Assembly (NCBI RefSeq): GCF_009914755.1
Contig: NC_060932.1
DNA from: the human T2T-CHM13v2.0 reference genome, Homo sapiens
Length of the DNA stretch: 64,000 nucleotides
Reading direction: 5' to 3' (one strand)
In this document: positions 59,389 to 64,000 of the stretch, in pieces
Layout of the letters: every line of letters begins with the position of its first letter
Position numbering within the stretch: the stretch's first letter is position 1
Notes under the pieces: generated by a model
What the model saw: the letters and a program-made list of their open reading frames with translations, nothing else
The model's database searches: none
Told to the model about the DNA's origin: nothing
Made by a program: the position numbers and the translations under genes

Positions 59389-60121
59389 TGTTAAAATAAA
59401 TTTGGCTCACTGAGAATGACGGTTAACACGGGAACAGAAAACCAAACACCGCGTGTTCTCATTTATAAGTGGGAGTTGAACAACGAGAACACATGGACAC
59501 AGGGAGGGGAACATCACACACCAGGGCCTGTCGGGAGGTAAGGGACAAGAGGAGGGAGAGCATTAGGACAAATACTTAAACCACGCGGGATTTAAAACCT
59601 AGATGACAGGTTGACGGGTGCAGCAAACCACCATGGCACATGTATACCTATGTAACAAACCTGTATGTTCTGCACATGATTCCCAGAACTTAAAGTAAAA
59701 TAAAAATAAAATAAACTTAAAGTAAAATAAAAATAAATAAACAAATTTGGCTTCGAGTTACCTTTACACCTTGAATTCCTACACAGTGAACTGCAACCTC
59801 ACTCAGTACACAGCAAACTGCAACTCAACTCAAGAGGATGTGGTTGTAACAAGGAGTTGAGTCTGAGCTCATCACAGAAGCCTTGCTTGAGCCCATCGCA
59901 GGCCCCAGACTAGTCAGACCACCCCCTAGTCGGGCAGGTGCCCAGACGTGGCTCCTCCAGCTGCCTCCCCATGTGCCTTCCTTTTTCTATCAGTGCTGCT
60001 GCCCACATTGCTGGGTGGAGCTCTCTGGACCTTGCCTGGATTTGAAGGCTGCCTGATTGATACACCTATTTACTCAAATAAACTCTGCTAAATTTCATGT
60101 GTCAAAAGTTTTCTCTTAACA
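59389..60121 (+). mobile_element. MER57-like ERV1 solo LTR, interrupted near its 5' end by an L1PA fragment
   Basis: TGTTAA start and TTAACA end; ACAGTGAACTGCAACCT and CTCAAATAAACTCTGCTAAATTT...AAAGTTTTCTCTTAACA recalled from MER57. Confidence 0.7.
59408..59742 (+). mobile_element. Short L1PA (PA7/8-like) 3' end with a 14-bp 5' micro-inversion
   Basis: L1 3'UTR 59424-59700; TSD core AAATTTGGCT at 59398-59407 and 59743-59752; TT/AAAA site at 59392/59393. Confidence 0.9.
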
Positions 60122-62763
60122 GGTAGAAGAAAAATAGTTGGAATGAAGATAAAGATTTGATGTGGTTTCTGGCTGATGAAATCGCCCATGCTTTTTTGTC
60201 CTTTTTTAACTGTTTTTCATAGTTTCCAGGTTTTCTATATATTACTAATGGTCAGAGAAAAAGCCAACCAAGAGATCAAAGGGACTTAGGAGTAGTGGCC
60301 TGATAGGCACAGACATCATTTTACAGTTAGGCTGAAAAACTGAAAGCTGAGAGGACTTTATTTGTTTACAAGAAAAACTGGAAATAGTTCAACTAAGTCC
60401 CAGTGAAAAAATCTTCTGTCTTGAGGTACAAATATATATGTATACAAACACACATTACATATATAAACACATAAAAACACATAAATATATGTACATATGT
60501 AATTTATATGTATGTATAAATTTTAATATATACCTACCACACACAAATGCAAAAGGTTATAAAAATCAATGCATAATAGTTTAACAAGGGATTATTTAGG
60601 AAGACTAGGATGCTTCTGTTATGTTCTTACTTTGTTATTTCTTCCCACAATATCATACTTAGAGAGGAAAAAGTGAAAAGAGAGTAAAAATATAGTCTAT
60701 AGGGACATTTTCATTTCATGACATTAAACATTATAGACTAGGGAATAAGATAAAACTGAGAAATATAGAGGATGGTAGAATACATGAAGCTGAAGTTAAG
60801 AACTGGAGCAAAAATATGACTCGAACATCACAGAAGGCAAAGCGTGAGCCAGCGGCACTGTGGAGAAAGGGAAGGAGGGCCTCGGAAACGGCTTTCTACT
60901 GAGCTCTCATTTCTGCCCAGGGATGGCCCTAACACTCAAAGGCAGTTGCAGTAAACATGCACGCCTCCCCTAAGACTTAAGACAAAGTGGAGTTACAGTC
61001 AGGAGGCAACACGAAACAGCCTGAGTACCTCTGTGCTGACATTTTTAAAGAAAACACTTGGTTCTTTCTAACAAAAATATCTTAGCTAGATCTCTCCTAA
61101 GATACAGGGCTGTTCCCTGTACCTGCCAGCACTCCCCAGTCCCCCACCATCATAGGCAGATACTGCAGAGCGCGGCTGCTCCCAGAGACGCGCATCTGTT
61201 TAAAAAGCTCTTTTCACATTGTGTATGTAATTGTATATGTAATTCTACTGTAAGCGGATCCTCACTCACAACGACACTGAGACAGAAAAGGAGGGTATCA
61301 CTATTATTTGTATTTATTTGCAAGTTACAGAGGAGCAAGGAAGCCCAGGCTCACCCCAACCAAGCCAGAATTTCCATCTGTGGGTCTCACATCATGTTGT
61401 GTTTCTGACTTGTCACTTTCCCTGAACACTAGAAACAATACGGGAAAATTTGATTTATTCTACAAATGACTAAAATGAGTAACTCCAAGCATAGTTTCAG
61501 GAATTGAATCGACAAGAGCTCCAAACATACTAGCATACAGATATCAAATGAATAACAAACTCCTTGAATGTTTTAAAATTTTGGTCAACCTGGGAAAATG
61601 TAGCAAAAGAAAGTGTTTTGCTAATATAAACTTTATAAATCAATATTTTTAACAATTATAAGTGAATAAATTGCCAGGTCAAGTTTTGTAAAATTAAATG
61701 TTTTCAAAAACATAAGGGTTTAGCTGGCATGACAGACATTGTTCAACTTGCCAGTTTACCTTATATTTCTTCTTTTTTATTTTTAAGGAAATACAGGCTA
61801 CCTTCTATTACCTTAAAGAAAACAACTATAAAGGAATAATTTTCTTCAATTTTCACAAATTCAGGAGAACATTTACTGGAGATCATTTCAAAATATTTGA
61901 CATGGTTAATACCATTGACTATGTTGATATGGTTGACACATTTTTGTTCTAAAAACCTTAAATTATGCTTCCCAAATCCAGATCAGTTGAAAGTATAAAC
62001 AATATATAGTCCTGTGCATAAAAGACACATTGCCCTGACTTGTGAGTGTTTCAGCAACAACACAAAATACTTTGCATTTTACTTAAGAAATATCAGCCTT
62101 TAATTTGGCCGTGAGTAATTCTGATTTATTATAGACTCATTCAGCCAGTGACAGGATAGAAGAATAAACATTGCTTTAAGATATTTAGACAAGGGAAGTG
62201 AGATTACCATAAATAAAGCCCTTTGCCCTTCTCTCTCAAAAATTTCAGAAACTTATCATAAATCTTCTGTGATATTCTAATCAGCCCCTAGATTCTGGAT
62301 GCAATTGTTTTGTTTTGCTTTGTTTTGTTTCTTAACAGAGAACTCTCCCCTATCGTACTCAATGTGGGTAAGTGCTTCTTATAACCAACTTTAATTGAAG
62401 CACATTTAATGAGATTTATAAAATTATGATTAGATGTCATTGGAGTAAACTGATTTAATCAGCCTCATAACTGTTCCTCATACACACAACTAAAGCAAAG
62501 TGTGCAGTCTAGCACTAAAAACCTGTGCTTACTGGACACGCGAGAGAAAAACTGGTGTTAGTTCTAGTACCTTAGAAGCCTAAATAACAAGACAACTTTG
62601 GTTTGGGTAAAAAATAAATATAAAGTTTTTGGGGAAAACTAGGATACTAAGACCTTTTAAATGTGTTTCATACCATCGAATTTCAACAATCCTCTCTTAA
62701 AAAACCCGTCCACCAAGACAAAATCAAGAACATGGGATTCTTTTCTTTTCGGCTTTTAGAAAA

Positions 62764-63595
<832 letters not shown>

Positions 63596-64000
63596 AGGAT
63601 ATGGGATTCTTAAGGACAAAAGTTGTTTTTGGATTTTTGCTTTACCCTTACAGCTTAACGAAATGATTCCTAAATGAGTTATCTAGAATAAGAGTAGATG
63701 ACCAATTAATAGAGTTTTAAAGTTAACTTCTAGGAAGTAATTTATGGGCTCACCTGAGAGTGACTAGCTTTTTAGAAACATTAGACAAAAAGGTCTCAAG
63801 GCATTAAGTTCTAGCTTCTTCTTCCCCAAGATTTCCAACTGAATCTAGACCTTCATAACACTGTCATATTCTTAGGGTTTCGAATCACCAGACTTTTCCT
63901 TATTCCTGCCACTACTGTTTTTTCCATTTGTGAAGCTTCTAAAACCTTCAGAAAATCGGGCATCTATATTTCTCTGGCCCGGCTTTCTTATTTTTTATAC

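Overview
Primate (almost certainly human or great-ape) genomic DNA from inside the giant gene CSMD1 (CUB and Sushi multiple domains 1, human 8p23), which is transcribed on the minus strand. Six coding exons are visible (55255-55449, 44414-44587, 25890-26063, 23942-24115, 4541-4729, 380-553). Each has canonical AG/GT boundaries, is phase 1-1 and encodes exactly one Sushi/CCP domain of the C-terminal tandem Sushi array. The remaining ~98% is intron. It holds about 20 Alus; L1 pieces, including a 2.6-kb 5'-truncated L1PA2/3-like copy with a 680-codon open ORF2 remnant and two twin-primed (5'-inverted) insertions; THE1, MLT1 and MER57-type solo LTRs; a MADE1 hairpin; an hAT-like relic; several minisatellites; and two local non-tandem duplications. 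I find no evidence for a new gene or a wholly novel biological system. The most interesting unexplained structures are three: a diverged direct repeat bracketing one Sushi exon, a templated copy inserted into an (AT)n tract, and a cluster of motif-rich VNTRs. Stop-free symmetric exons flanked by inverted repeats are a further lead, since they could yield circRNAs with endless ORFs. Repeat subfamily names come from recalled consensus features and need Dfam/RepeatMasker confirmation.
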